Assembly: GCF_963921235.1 (NCBI RefSeq)
Contig: NC_086097.1
Coordinates: 245,274,001-245,338,000 of the forward strand
DNA: 64,000 nt
Source of the DNA: Mobula hypostoma
Lineage: Eukaryota
Direction: 5' to 3'
Part shown: positions 12,565-25,312 of the stretch, piece after piece
Numbering within the stretch: position 1 is the first letter of the stretch
Layout of the letters: every line of letters starts with the position of its first letter
Made by a program: the position numbers and the translations under genes
The notes under the pieces: model-generated
Seen by the model: the letters and a program-made list of their open reading frames with translations, nothing else
Told to the model about the DNA's origin: nothing
Database searches by the model: none

Positions 12565-13257
12565 TCAACCTTTAATGCCATGGCACAAAGCCAGGCTGTG
12601 CACATATCCCTGGGGAAGATGACAAAAGGTATACCACCTGCCTTCCCACTTAAGGGCAAACTGGTCTTGGGACTCAGGGGTCAGGCAATTGAAAAGGAAA
12701 GCATTGTCCAAATCGACTACAGCATACCAATGCTTCCCCTCCCTAACCCCTATGTTCTCTACAATGGTCACTACATCCAGGACAGCTGCTGATAGGAGCA
12801 GGGCATGTTTATTCAATTGCCTGAAGTTTATTGTCTTTCACCCTGTTTCATCCCCCTTCCCCTCTGGCCACACTGGGCTGTTATAGGAGGACATCGCCAG
12901 CTGAATAGCCCCCTCCTACAACAGAGCTTCCAGTGTTTCCCTGGTCTCCATGGTTGCACCAGGATATGGAGTTGCTCGTTGGCCTACCTTGGTCAGGGGC
13001 GGCATTATAAGGCAAATCCCACCAGTACCATTTCTGGAGCTACCCCGCAAGTAAAATACCCCTGTTGGTCTGCAGGAATCTACATTTCGGCACGTTCATA
13101 CCCAAAGTGCACTTGCGGGTTGCCAAGACCAGCAATGATCAGCAATGATCAGCAATGACGTAGGCCCTGGCTGTAACTGCCCATGCTGGTATGAGTGACT
13201 CTACCAGTCTTTCTACTATCACCCAGGCCCTCTTGACCTACTGAGGTCGCCTGGGAT
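12565..13257 (-). pseudogene. Endogenous retrovirus pol (RT N-terminal half), ERV-L/class III-like
   Basis: Manual translation SYNSPVWPEGKGDETG*KTINFRQLNK..AAVLD..WYAVVDLDNAF..ESQDQFALKWEGRWYTFCHLPQGYVHSLALCHG. Confidence 0.85.
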
Positions 13258-14120
13258 AATAGAACATAGAACTGTACAGCACAGTACAGGCCCTTTGGCC
13301 CACATTGTTGTGCCGACCCTAAAACCCTGCCTCCCATATAACCCCCCACCTTAAATTCCTCCATGTACCTGTCTAATAGTCTCTTAAATTTCACTAGTGT
13401 ATCTGCCTCCACCACTGACTCAGGCAGTGCATTCCAGGCACCAACCACTCTCTGAGTAAAAAACCTTCCTCTAATATCTCCCTTGAACTTCCCACCCCTT
13501 ACCTTAAAGTAATGTCCCCTTGTATTGAACAGTGGTGCCCTGGAGAAGAGGTGCTGGCTATCCACTCTATCTATTCCTCTTAATATCTTGTACACCTCTA
13601 TCATGTCTCCTCTCATCCTGCTTCCCTCCAAAGAGTAAAGCCCTAGCTCCCTTAATCTCTGATCATAATCCATACTCTCTAAACCGGGCAGCATCCTGGT
13701 AAATCTCCTCTGTACCCTTTCCAATGCTTCCACATTCTTCCTATAGTGAGGTGACCAGAACTGGACACAGTACTCCAAGTGTGGCCTAACCAGAGTTTTA
13801 TAGAGCTGCATCATTACCTCGCGACTCTTAAACTCTATCCCTCGACTTATGAAAGCTAACACCCCATAACTTTCTTAACTACCCTATCCACCTGTGAGGC
13901 AACTTTCAGGGATCTGTGGACATGTACCCCCAGATCTCTCTGCTCCTCCACACTACCAAGTATCCTGCCATTTACTTTGTACTCTGCCTTGGAGTTTGTC
14001 CTTCCAAAGTGTACCACCTCACACTTCTCTGGGTTGAACTCCATCTGCCACTTCTCAGCCCACTTGTGCATCCGATCTGCAATCTTTGACAATCCTCTAC
14101 ACTATCTACAACACCATAGT
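13258..14120 (-). mobile_element. Young CR1 3' portion (same subfamily as 76-742)
   Basis: ORF 13149-13862 is nearly identical to ORF 108-680. Confidence 0.93.
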
Positions 14121-14189
14121 GTGCTTGGTCCCGGTATCGACTGGTGTCATCCATCACTGTACTTATAACTTTCCACAAAGTATTGCAAT

Positions 14190-14925
14190 CGACCATAAGA
14201 CCATAAAATAGGAGCAGAATTAATCCATTTAGCCTATTGACTCTGTTCTGCCATTTCATCATGGCTGATCCATTTTCTCTCTCAATCCCAATCTCCTGCC
14301 TCCTCCCCATATATCTGCATACCCTGACTTAAATATAACAAATGACTTGGCCTTCACAGCCACCTGTGGGAACGAATTCCATAGTGTTGGAATTCCATGA
14401 ATTCCATCACTCTCTGGCTAAAGAAATTCCTCCTCATCTCCATTGTAAAAGGACACTCCTTTATTCTGAGTCTGTGTCCTCAGGTCTTAGGCTCCCCCAC
14501 CATATGAAACATCCTCCCCAAATCCACCCTATCGAGGCCTTTCAACATTCGATAGGTTTCAATGAGGTCACCCCTAATTCTTCTGAATTCCAATGAATAG
14601 AGACCCAGAGCCATCAAATGCTCTTCATAGGATAACCTTTTCAATCCTGGAATCATTTTCATGAACCTCCTTTGAACCCTCTCCAATGTCAGCACATCTT
14701 TCTTAGATAAGGGTCCCAATACTGCTCAGAATACTCCAAGTGAGGCCTCACCAGTGCTTTATAAAGCCTCAACACTACATCCCACCTTTTATATTCTAGA
14801 CCTCATGAAATGAATGCTAACATTGCATTTGCCTTCTTCACCACCAACTCAACCTGTAAGTTAGCTTTTAAGGAATCCTGCACAAGGATTCCCAAGTCCT
14901 TTTGCACCTCGGATTTTTAAAATTT
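14190..14925 (-). mobile_element. CR1 3' portion
   Basis: LERVQRRF..LGLYSLEFRRIRGDLIETY. Confidence 0.88.
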
Positions 14926-15074
14926 TTTTCTTATATATTTCATTTATATTTCTCAATATGTACATAGGGCCTCAGGTCTCCCAGCTGAGAAAGTTTTGCT
15001 GAACACATATAGCAGGAGCATTAGCCGGACCCCTACGAGAGCGGGGTAGGTGTGCGCCAATCAGTCGGTTTGTC

Positions 15075-15188
15075 ATGTGTTTCTGTGATATCATTCTGGA
15101 GAAACATTGTATCATTTCTTAATGCATGCATTACTAAATGACAATAAAAGAGGACTGTGTGTCCTCATAATCTAATCTAATCTAATCA
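15075..15188 (+). mobile_element. 5'-truncated copy 3 of the non-autonomous retroposon
   Basis: tgacaataaaagaggactgtgtgtcctcataatctaatctaatctaatc tail. Confidence 0.75.
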
Positions 15189-17200
15189 CTGGCAGACCAC
15201 AGTCTGTGCAGATTAGTAATAACATCTCATCCTTGCTGAAAGTCAACATAGGCACACCTCAAGGATGTGTGCTTAGTCCATTGCTTTATTCCCTCTACAC
15301 CCATGACTCTGTGGCTAGGCACAGCTCAACTGCCATCTATAAATTTGCTGATGACACACTATTGTTAGCAGAATCTCAGGTGATGATGAGAAGGCATACA
15401 GGAGCGAGGTAGATCAGCTAGTTGAGTGGTGTCACAACAACACCCTTGCACTCAATGTCAGTAAGACCAAAGGATTGATTGTGGACTTCAGAAAGGGTAA
15501 GACAAGGGAACACACACATCGAGGGATCAGAAGTGGAAAGAGTGAGCAATTCCAAGTTCCCTGGGTGTCAATATCTCTGAGGATCTGTCCTGTGCCCAAC
15601 ATACCGATGCAGTTACGAAGAAGGCATATATATTTTTATTAGGAGTTTGAGGAAATTTGGTATATCATGAAAGACACTCACAAATTTCTACAGATGTACC
15701 ATGGAGAGCATTCTAACTGGCTGCAACATCGTCTGCTTTGGGGGGAGGTTGGGGGGGGGGCTACCACACAGGATCGAAGTAAGCTGCAGGAAGTTGTAAA
15801 CTCACTCAGCTCCATCATGGGCACCAGCCTCCCCAGCACCCAGGACATCTCCAAGGAGGGACGGCTCAAAAAGATGGCATCCTTCATTAGGGACACCATC
15901 ACCCAGGCTTGGCCTCTTCTCAGGAAGAAAGTACAGAAGCTTGAAGGCAGTTACTTAACCATTCAAGAATAGCTCCTTCCTCCCTGTGCCATCAGATTTC
16001 TGATTTCTTTTCCTGGTTTACTGAGTACCTGACAGATAGACCCCAGTTTGTACGGCTGGGTGGTTCTCTGACTGAGACAGTGGTGAGTGGCACTGGAGCG
16101 CCACAAGGGACTGTCCTGTCTCCGTTTCTGTTCACACTGTACACCTCAGACTTTCGGTACAACTCTCAGTCTTGTCACTTGCAGAAGTTCTCTGATAACT
16201 TTGCAGTGGTTGGGTGTATCAGAGATGGGCAGGAGTCGGAATACAGAGGACTGGTGGACAAGTTTGTGGAGTGGTGCTCCTGAATGTGGCCAAAACCAGG
16301 GAGATGATGATTGATCTTAGGAGGAAGAGGACTGTGATGAGTCCTGTATACATTCGGGGAGAAGAAGTTGCGGTAGTAGAGGAGGACAAATACTTGGGTG
16401 TCCACCTTGACGACAGACTTGACTGGAAAACCAACACCATGGCTGCTTACAAGAAGGGCACGAACAGACTCTATTTTCTACGGAAGTTGAGATCCTTCAA
16501 CGTGTGCAGCAGGATGTTGGAGATCTTTTACCAGTCTGTTGTAGCAAGTGCAGTCTACTTTGCAGCTTTATATTGGGGGAGCGGGCATCGGTGCTGGTGA
16601 TGCAAAAAGGCTAAATAAACTCATCAAAAAGGCTGGACCCATCCTTTGCTACAACCCAGACTCTTTTGAGTTAGTGGTGGAGAGGAGGTAGCTAAGCAAA
16701 TTGTTATCCATTGTGGACAATCGGGCACATTGTCTCCATGACCTACTGAATAAGCAGCAAAGCACCCTTTTGAACAGGCTCATTCAGCTCTGCTATCACA
16801 AGGATTGTTACAGAGAATCTTTCCAACCAAATGCAATAAGCATATACAACAGTTCATCTCTGTACAACAGGAGAACACATTTCATAGTACAATAGTCTCT
16901 GCTTTATTACTTTGTACATTATTATTGCAAATTACTGCACATTGGTAATTATTATTGTGTATATTATTATTATGTAGTTTATTATTAATATTGATATTAT
17001 ATTTATTATTATTGCTAAATGTGTTTTTAAACGTTGCTGTTGTAGCGAAATAATTTCCAACTCAAAATCAATAAAATACTATTATATATACTTCTAACTG
17101 TAATTTAGTTTTTATTATTTGATATGGCACTGTACTACTGCCACATAAAAACAAATTTCATGACATATGCCAGTGATATTAAACCTGATTCTGATTCTGA
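15189..17200 (+). mobile_element. Rex1/Babar-like LINE, interrupted by a second Rex1 copy
   Basis: GTPQGCVLSPLLYSLYTHD..KFADDT; the 3' tail gattctgattctga resumes at ~17090-17200. Confidence 0.75.
16003..17090 (+). mobile_element. Rex1 LINE RT and 3' portion
   Basis: GAPQGTVLSPFLFTLYTSDF..LQKFSD, LNVAKTREM, KYLGVHLDDRLDW, RLYFLRKLRSF. Confidence 0.88.
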
Positions 17201-18149
17201 AGAAATCCAATAGGAATTAAAAGAAAGATTCCCCTATACTTTGAAACAGTGTAATAAAGTTCTATTATTCTTTATCTATATGGGTGAATTGAACAAATGT
17301 ACTTTGGGATTTCATCAGCAATGCCAACCTGTAGATCAAGACATTTGAGCTCTGAAAAGCTAGGGTATCCTGTTGCAGAATCAGTTTTTAGAAACAAAAC
17401 TACAAACATAATGTAATTGTTAATAAACTTGTTGAAACATTTAGATCCAGTCGTTTGTTATTACTGGGTGTAGGAGCCATGTATTTATTTTCTGTCTGTG
17501 TTGTGCATTTATTACAGGTTACTGTAAATTGTCAAATGGTTGGGGGTGTGGTAGAAGCAAGTGAGTATTGTCACATATTCATGCCTTGTCCTAGGTAGTT
17601 AGTTTAGTTGATAGGATGTGTGCTGGGAATGATTTTTTTTGTTGACCGCTAATCTGGATGCTAACTACTCATATTCCTCTATATCATTAATTTAGTTTCG
17701 TTAGTTTTTTATCACTATGAAATCAATTTCCTTTGCTGGTTTCATAATAAAGGAACGAACGCACCTTTTTCGACTTGGAACTTAGTTATTTGGAAGCACC
17801 GAGTGACAAGTCCTTCGCTCAGTCTCTCAGCGGTTTTGGTTTTTTTAAAGTAACCACGACTCTGGGAGTGTATCAACAGGCAGAAATGAAAACTGAAAAA
17901 AATCAAAATATACAAGAACAATTCAGATACAGAGGAATATTATGATAACCCAACCCAGATACTGTTCATGATACTGTTGTGACAGCCAGTTGACCAAATC
18001 TGCTCCAGAAAAACCTCTGCAATTCATCTCTTCAATTGTGTCTCTGGAAAGAAGACTGCAGAAATTTCGTCTGTCCGGAGAGCCAAAAGAGACAGGGACT
18101 CATTGTAATCAGGCCATAGTCACAAAATCACCAGCCAAAATTCATCCAC

Positions 18150-19030
18150 TCATCGGCCACGTTATTAGTTACAGAAGTGGATCCCAGTGTGGTCTGCTGG
18201 TGCTGCAACCCATCCACTTCAAGGATTGACCTGTTGTGTGTTCAGAGATGCTCTTCTGCACACCACTGTTGTCGAGTGTGGTTATTATTTCCATCAGGAA
18301 GAAGGTATAGGAGCCTCAGGGCTCACACCGGAATAGTTAATTCTCCCCAAACACTAGGCAATTGAACCAAAGGAGATAAATTCATTCAACTTCACTCACC
18401 CCATCATTGAAATATTCCTCCAACCTATGGACTTTCAAGGATGCTTCATCTCATGTTCTTGATATTTATTGCTTATTTTTTGATTTATTACTATTAGTTC
18501 TTTCTTTTTGTATGTACATTGTTGTCTTTTGCAGATCGGTTGAATGCCAAAGTTGATGTGGTCTTACATTGATTGTTTTTAAGGCTATTAATCTATTATG
18601 AATTTATTGCGTATGCCCACAAGAAAATGAATTTCAGGGTTGTATATGGTGACATATATGTACTTTGATAATAAATTTACTTTGAACTCTGAACTATGAG
18701 TTACTGTCGCCTTCTTGTCAGCTTGAATCAGCCTGGCCATTTTCCTTTGACATTTCTCATTAACAAGACATTTTCACCCACACCTTGGGGACCACAACCT
18801 TGTTATTGGGTTTGGAGGCTTGCGTGACTCAATATCCCAGAGAGCTATTTTGGTTGGAGTCAGGGCTTTATGCTTGGGTCATCCATGCCAAACAGGTCAA
18901 AGGACTAAGAGTGGTCCATCAGACCTCCAGGCCCTAAATGCCAGAGGCATAATGGGCAGTAAGTAAGTAGGTAAGTAAGTTTCCCCCACAGAACTACCGC
19001 ACACTGGATATTTTTTGTTTTCTCACCGAC
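18150..19030 (-). mobile_element. Non-autonomous Tc1-like element, split by a Rex-type 3' end (18288-18696) and an RTE-type SINE (18783-18980)
   Basis: Reverse complement matches the Tc1 copy at 34250-34490. The SINE ends in (taag)n, with an imperfect TSD ttcacccaca/ttcccccaca. Confidence 0.7.
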
Positions 19031-19444
19031 ACCTGTTGAGCCAAAGCCTAATCACTCTAACACTGGCCCACTCACACAATGGCTTAAATCCCGCTTCTTT
19101 TGGCCTTTGGTGAGTTATTAATAACTCATGCAATCTCCCCTCCACAGACAACTCCCAACAGGCCCGGGTCGTTTTTTAAACCTGGCGTGTAAAGTCCACA
19201 AGAATCTATCTCCAACTAATTCCGTGATCTCCTACTCCACAGACATCGTGACAGGCGCATAAAGTCCACAAGGAACTGTCTCCAACTCAATCCGCAATCC
19301 CCTGCTTCGCAGCCAAGATGTTTGCATTTCTTTATTTTATTTCTTTATCTTCCTGTAAATGCTAGAAAGAAAATGAATCTCAGGGTAGCATATGGTAACA
19401 TCTGCCACAGGATGGACTTTGATTATAAATTTTACTTTGACTTT

Positions 19445-19800
19445 GAGAGGTTGGACAAACATGACTTGTTTTCTCTGGAGCTGTGGAGGCTGAGGGGAGA
19501 CCTGATAGAAGCTTATGAGGTTTTGAGAGGCATGGATTGAGTAGACAGCAGGCATCTTTCCTCCAGGGTTGAAATGTCTAATACCAGAGGGCATTTAAGG
19601 TGAGATGGCATGAGTTCAAAGGAGATATGGTGGCAGTGAAGCAAATATGATAGAATTATTTAAATACAGAGAATACAGGGATATGGAATTGAGTAGGCAG
19701 AAGGGATCAGCGTAGTTAATTTTTTAATTACTAATTTAATTGGTTCAATATAACATCATTTGCCGAAGGGCCAGTTCCTGTACTGTACTGTTCTGTACTC
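19445..19800 (+). mobile_element. CR1 3' fragment
   Basis: LFSLELWRLRGDLIEAY; tail ctgtactgtactgttctg. Confidence 0.8.
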
Positions 19801-20614
19801 TTCTTTGTAACATTATCAATAACATGATAATTCATAAGTATACCTTTGTAACCAACACCAATGACAATTCATACACGCTATGAATCAGATTGCCATTTTA
19901 AATGGGGATATTTCACTTTATTATTAACAAGAACTTTAAGCTCTTGAGCAGTTAAATATTGTTGTCATGTTATTAGAATTCAACCTAAAATTGCAAGTAA
20001 ATTTACATAAAAGTGGTAAAAATATATAAATATTTTAAAAAACATGAAGACTATAGATACAAATATTAACAAAACATGTAAGACTGACTTGTCCACAGCA
20101 TTGAAATAATATTTGGACAATCCAATGCTGTAAAGCTTTATAAGAGAGGTAATTCAGAAATAAAGGTTATTTAGTGTATTTCCTGTGTGGCCTATTCCGT
20201 GAGAAATCCAGTTAGTCTCCTGCAGCTACCTCATTAAAGTTCAAAGTTCAAAGCTAAGTTACTGACCCTCTCCACCTCTGATCCACCGAAGAGGACTAGC
20301 TCATGGACCTCTGGTTTCCTTCTCCTGAAGTCTATAATCATCGCCTTGGTCTTGCTGACATTGAGACATTATTCATCGACTTGCAATTTTTTTCTTCAAT
20401 TACCTATTCAATCACAACTGAATGTGTTCACCACATTAAATGTATATTTAATAGTAAGTCTGCCCATGCATGCAACATTACAGGATAATATTTCACCATA
20501 CATTGATAAATGGTCACTGGAGAAATATTGCCCTTACTCTCCCAGCTTTGAGACTAAACACAATATTGCACAGCAAAATCATTGCACTGCCATTCAACCA
20601 AAACTTAGCTGCAT

Positions 20615-21135
20615 CAAAGTTCAAAGTTCAAAGTAAATTTATTATCAAAGTAGTTATACGTCACTATATACAATCTTGAGATTCATTTCCTTGTGGGCAT
20701 GTTCAGTAAGTCCATAACAGAATAATAACCATAACAGAATAAATGAAAGACAGCTCCAACTTGGGTGTTCAACTAATATGTTAAAAAACAACAAATTTCA
20801 AATACATAAAAAAGAAAAAAGTAATAATAATAATAATAATAAATAAATAAGCAATAAATATCAAGAACATGAGGTGAAGAGTCCATAAAACTGAGTTAAT
20901 AGTTTGTGGGAATATTTCAGTGATGGGGCATGTGAAACTGTGTGAAGTTATCCCCTTTGGTTGAGGGGAGTAACTGTTCCTGAACCTGGTGATTTGACTA
21001 TTGAGGATCCTGTACCTTCTTCCCGATGGCAGCAGCAAGAAGAGAGCATGCCCTGGGTGGTGGGGGTCCCCAATGATGGATGCTGCTTTCCTACGACAGT
21101 GTTTCTTGTAGATGTGCTCAATGGTGGGGAGGTGT
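20615..21135 (-). mobile_element. Rex1/Babar-like 3' end
   Basis: KAASIIGDPHHPGHALFLLLPSGRRYR..TRFRNSY; (aaagttc)n tail. Confidence 0.8.
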
Positions 21136-21148
21136 ACAGTAGCCACCT

Positions 21149-21213
21149 TCACAACATGCTGGAGGAACTCAGATGCTTCGACCCCAGCATCTGCAGATTA
21201 TTTTGTGTTTACG
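21149..21213. mobile_element. 65-bp collapsed Penelope-derived hairpin element
   Basis: Left and right termini of the 28811-28980 element fused together; TSD agtagccacct at 21138-21148 and 21214-21224. Confidence 0.75.
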
Positions 21214-21404
21214 AGTAGCCACCTCTTAGCTTCTCAGAATAAGAAAGGGGAAGAGAACAAACTAGAAGGTAATAAGTGGAAAAAACAAAGGAGCAGGACA
21301 CTACGAGAAAGAAACAGGTCCTTCAGCCCAACTAAACCATGCTGCATTCCATCTGCAAAGTGGTCTTATGAAATTGTCACGGCACTTGTCAAACATGCAA
21401 ATGA

Positions 21405-22008
21405 CGCTCTGTCCGCCAGAGGAAGCAGGATCTCCCAGTGGCCACACATTTTAATTCCGCGTCCCATTCCCATTCTGATATGTCTATCCACAGCCTCCTC
21501 TACTGTAAAGATGAAGCCACACTCGGGTTGGAGGAACAACACCTTATATTCCGTCTGGGTACCCTCCAACCCGATGGCATGAACATTGACTTCTCTAACT
21601 TCCGTTAATGCCCCACCTCTCCCTCATACCCCATCCGTTATTTACTTATTTATATACACACATTCTTTTTTTCTCTCTCTCCTTTTTCTCCCTCTGTCCC
21701 TCTCACTATACCTCTTGCCCATCCTCTGGGCTTCCCCCCCACCTTGTCTTTCTTCCCGGACCTCCTGTCCCATGATCCTCTCATATCCCTTTTGCCAATC
21801 ACCTGTCCAGCTCTTGGCTCCATCCCTCCCCCTCCTGTCTTCTCCTATCATTTTGGATCTCCCCCTCCCCCTCCCACTTTCAAATCTCTTACTAACTCTT
21901 CCATCAGTTAGACCTGACGAAGGGTCTCGGTCTGAAACGTCGACTGTACCTCTTCCTAGAGATGCTGCCTGGCCTGCTGCGTTCACCAGCAACTTTGATA
22001 TGTGTTGT
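21405..22008 (+). mobile_element. Penelope-like element 3' end (GIY-YIG C-terminus + pLTR)
   Basis: Matches the reverse complement of 55930-56515 (DLPVATHFNS..LEEQHLIFRLG). Confidence 0.88.
21905..21946 (+). ncRNA. Minimal type I hammerhead ribozyme motif
   Basis: cagttagac CTGACGA agggtctcggtct GAAA CGTC gactg. Confidence 0.7.
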
Positions 22009-22015
22009 TAAATGA

Positions 22016-22325
22016 CACTCAGTGGCTACACCTGTACACCTATACATTTCTGCAAATATCTAATCAGCCAAACATGTGTCAGCATATCACGCAGGAAAGC
22101 ACGGTCAAGAGGTTCAGTTGCTGTTCAGACCAAACATCAGCATGAGGAAGAAATGTGATCCAACTAACTTTGACCATGGAATGATTGTTGGTGCCAGGCT
22201 CTGAAACTGCTGATCTCCTGGAATTTCACACACAACAGCCTCCAGAATTTACGGAGAATGGTGCAAAAGACAAAACATCCAGTGAGTGGTGGCTTTGTGG
22301 GCAAAAACACCTTGCTAGTGAGAGA
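22016..22325 (+). mobile_element. Tc1-like left end + transposase N-terminal remnant
   Basis: TIR start cactcagtggc; gactttgacc-like..ggaatgattgttggtgccagg..ctgctgatctcctgg (GMIVGAR..ETADLL). Confidence 0.7.
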
Positions 22326-22584
22326 GAACTTGTGCTGGCAGCTCGTTCCACACTCTTACAACCTTCTGAGTGAAGAAGTTTCCCCTCATGTTCCCCTTAA
22401 ACTTTTCACCTTTCACCCTTAACCCATGACCTCTAGTTGTGGTCCCAATTTCTGTTTAAAATTAATAAGATGTGAAAAATTAATATCAGGTAGTAATAGT
22501 GTCGCAACTCCTGTGATGCTGCTGGTGCCAATCTGTATCGGTCTCTGCCATTCCTTTGGATTTCTTTGGTCTGTAGGACAATAG

Positions 22585-23020
22585 TGCCACGAAGTGGGGG
22601 GGGGGCATTGGGAGCAAGGGTGGACCCAAATGCAAGACACATCTTGTGAGGCCTGTCTTGTCTTGTCTTGGCCTCTGTTGGGTAAGTCAGGCTGTTCTGC
22701 TGTTACCCGACGGATGGACCTGTCCCACCTTGGTGTGGAGATAAAGTTGAGTCCCGGCTTGTCTAAGGATAAGTCCTGGCTCTATGTCTATGTACTGTCC
22801 AGTCACATGTTAGTATCGTGTTAAAGATGAGTCCCGGCTTTTCGAAGGATAAGTCCCGGCTCTATGTTGACGTACAGTTCCCAGTCTGTCTCTGAGCTCT
22901 GGCCTACGAGTTAACAGCCTCCGCATTCCAAGACCCCAGCTGCCAGCCCGTCTCCACGCTCAAGCCTCAAGACCCCAGCCCGTCTCCACGCTCAAGCCTC
23001 AAGAGCCAAGACCCCAACAG
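22585..23020. mobile_element. Rearranged LTR relic related to 23357-24545
   Basis: 22606-22651 duplicates 23373-23418; 22655-22710 is an inverted match to ~23810-23870. Confidence 0.6.
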
Positions 23021-23356
23021 GAGGGCCTAATGAGTTATTCCATTGTAAATATACATGTTCGACATAAGGTTACCACAGCTCGGTAGCGACCTTCCCCGAA
23101 GTGCTGGTAAATGACAGACTCTCCGGGAACTGAACTGGGCCTCAACCACCTTGCCACCAGTCCTGGGAAAATCCCGGCAATGATATCACCCACGTTGGCG
23201 TGGGTGGGGTGGGGTGGGTTGTGGAATATGCTGCTCCCTCCGCTGACAACAGGCAAGAAAGCTTACCTCAGGGTGGTGGCAAGCAAAGTCGTTCATGGCC
23301 ATCGGGGCCGCGCACCACTTCAGCATGAGGTCGTGTCCAACCGCCACCTCAGACCG

Positions 23357-24545
23357 TGTCACAATGGCGGGACATTGGGAGCAAGGGTGGACCCAAATGC
23401 AAGACACATCTTGTGAGGTTACTTAGGTTTAGTTTATTGTACGATACCAGGAGAGCAAGACAGAAGCAGGAATAGCGGACAGGATAAGGACTCAGGACTA
23501 CGACTGGGCTGGGACCAAGGGTCTGGGCTAGGACTCGGAATTGGCTCCCAGAACTAGAGGAGACATGAAGAGGCTAGGGTATGGACTCCAAGCCCGAGAC
23601 TGGCCAAGGACCCAGTACCTGGGTCTTGCCTCGGGCTTGGACCCCAGAACCAGGCATGGACATGGGCTAGGGAGAGGAGGAACATGGGAAAACAAAGCCT
23701 CGGTCTTGGGAGAGCAGGTACATGGAACCTTGGACACCTACACAGAGCAGAGAGCTGGGATCCCTCCTTGGGTACAGGACATAGGGCCAGGACTCATGAC
23801 CCTCCGCGGGGCAACGGCAAGACATCCTGACTTACCCCAAGGAGGCAAGGACAGGACAAGACAAGACATGACTCCCCGCGGGGCAACGGCAAGATGGCCA
23901 GACTTACCCCAGGAAGGCGAGGACAAGACAACACCAACACGAATGGACACCAGACAGTACCTATCTAGCTCCGGTGATGGAACTAGACCGAAGTGCAGGC
24001 GGGGGCTGCAGATGAGGGCTAGAGGCGAGAGGGGCAGAGAAGGGTTTCAGACAAGGGGGTAGGACAGGAATCACAGACTGCCAGGGCCAGGACTTGACAT
24101 GGTACTTGAACGCTGCCCGGAGCCAGGACTTGACTTGGAGCCTCCGGGTAGTGGCAAGCTCTCGACTCGGCCCGGGAACAGAAGACAGCGGTTCTTGATT
24201 CCCTCTGGCGGGTTAACTGACGGACCCGCCTTGATGAGGAAACTTTGCAGGCTCACTTTGGCGAGGTAACTGGACTGGGTTGCTCTGGTGAGGAAAGGCG
24301 AATTACCGGCACTCGCTGCGGCAGAGGCTAGGCTTGCTCCGGCCAGATGACATTGGCACACTGTGACTTTGCAGACGCTCCCGCGCCGAACGGCTCAAAG
24401 CCGGAGAATATAAACTACCGGTTCAGCCGAGCGTTAGTTGCCTCTAATCACCAAAATCGAGGGACACGGGAAAACAAGGAATCAACGGTCCGGATCGTAA
24501 CATAAACAAGCTAAATTTAAAGGGACCCCGATCCGGACCATGACA
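23357..24545 (-). mobile_element. Solo LTR (Gypsy-like), 1189 bp
   Basis: TGTCA...TGACA termini; flanks gaccg/gaccc (5-bp TSD, 1 mismatch); minus-strand AATAAA near 23435; internal tandem repeats. Confidence 0.75.
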
Positions 24546-24684
24546 GACCCGGTCCCCCGTCAGCGCTCAGACCGGCCTGCCTGTCAGTCCTCAGACCGGT
24601 CCCCATCATATGTAGACTGGCCAGTGCTCTAACCAGACTCCGTGATCCGTGCATTGGAAAATAATTATCCAAGGACGGTCAAGT

Positions 24685-25312
24685 CCACAAGAAATATAGC
24701 CCTGTCCATCACAGGAAATGCCCTTCCCACCATTGCATCTTCAAGCAGCGCTGCCACAAGAAAGCAGAATCCAGGCCATGCTCTCTTCTCACTGCTATCA
24801 TCAGGAAGAAGGTACAGGAGCCTCAGGGCATAAACCTCCAGGTTTGGGAACAGTTATTACCCCTCAACCATCAGACTCCTGAACCAGAGGGGATAACATC
24901 ACTCACCTCAACATTGAAATGATTCCACAACCTATGGACTCACTTTCAAGGACTCTCTAATTCATGTTCACAATATTATTTATTTGCTATTTATTATTAT
25001 TATATAAATATAAAGGCATCTGTTAGTCTTGCTAGACCATGGAAAGTCTTCACTCTCCAGGGCGCAGGCCTGGGCAAGGTTGTATGAAAGACCAGCCACG
25101 TGCCCACAGTTACTATTATAGTTATAGTTACTATTATTATTTTTGTATTTGCACAATTTGTCTTCTTTTGCACATTGGTTGTCAGTCTTTATTTTTGTGT
25201 AGTTTTTAATTTATTCTATTATATTTCTTTGTTCTGTGTACACCAGAAAGACCAAGAATCTCAAGGTAGGTAATATACGTATTTTGATGATAAACTTACC
25301 TTGAACTTTGAA
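24685..25312 (+). mobile_element. Rex1/Babar-like 3' end
   Basis: NPGHALFSLLSSGRRYRSLRA; tail ttgaactttgaa. Confidence 0.75.

Noticed and set aside
15040..15060. TGGCGC on the minus strand as an ERV primer-binding site
   Set aside because: No recognisable tRNA complement beyond 6 nt and no adjacent LTR end.
17760..17815. gcaccgagt and gcacctttttcgactt, superficially like a tracrRNA 3' end
   Set aside because: Only short matches, with no anti-repeat and no cas gene.
17883..17902. ISRE/IRF-like GAAATGAAAACTGAAA
   Set aside because: A-rich context makes a chance match likely, and there is no linked promoter evidence.
23541..24062. 173-aa ORF, and similar ORFs at 21586-22011, 25301-25894 and 57376-57702, as host genes
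   Set aside because: They lie within LTR or pLTR repeats, or run across element boundaries, and show no recognisable domains.
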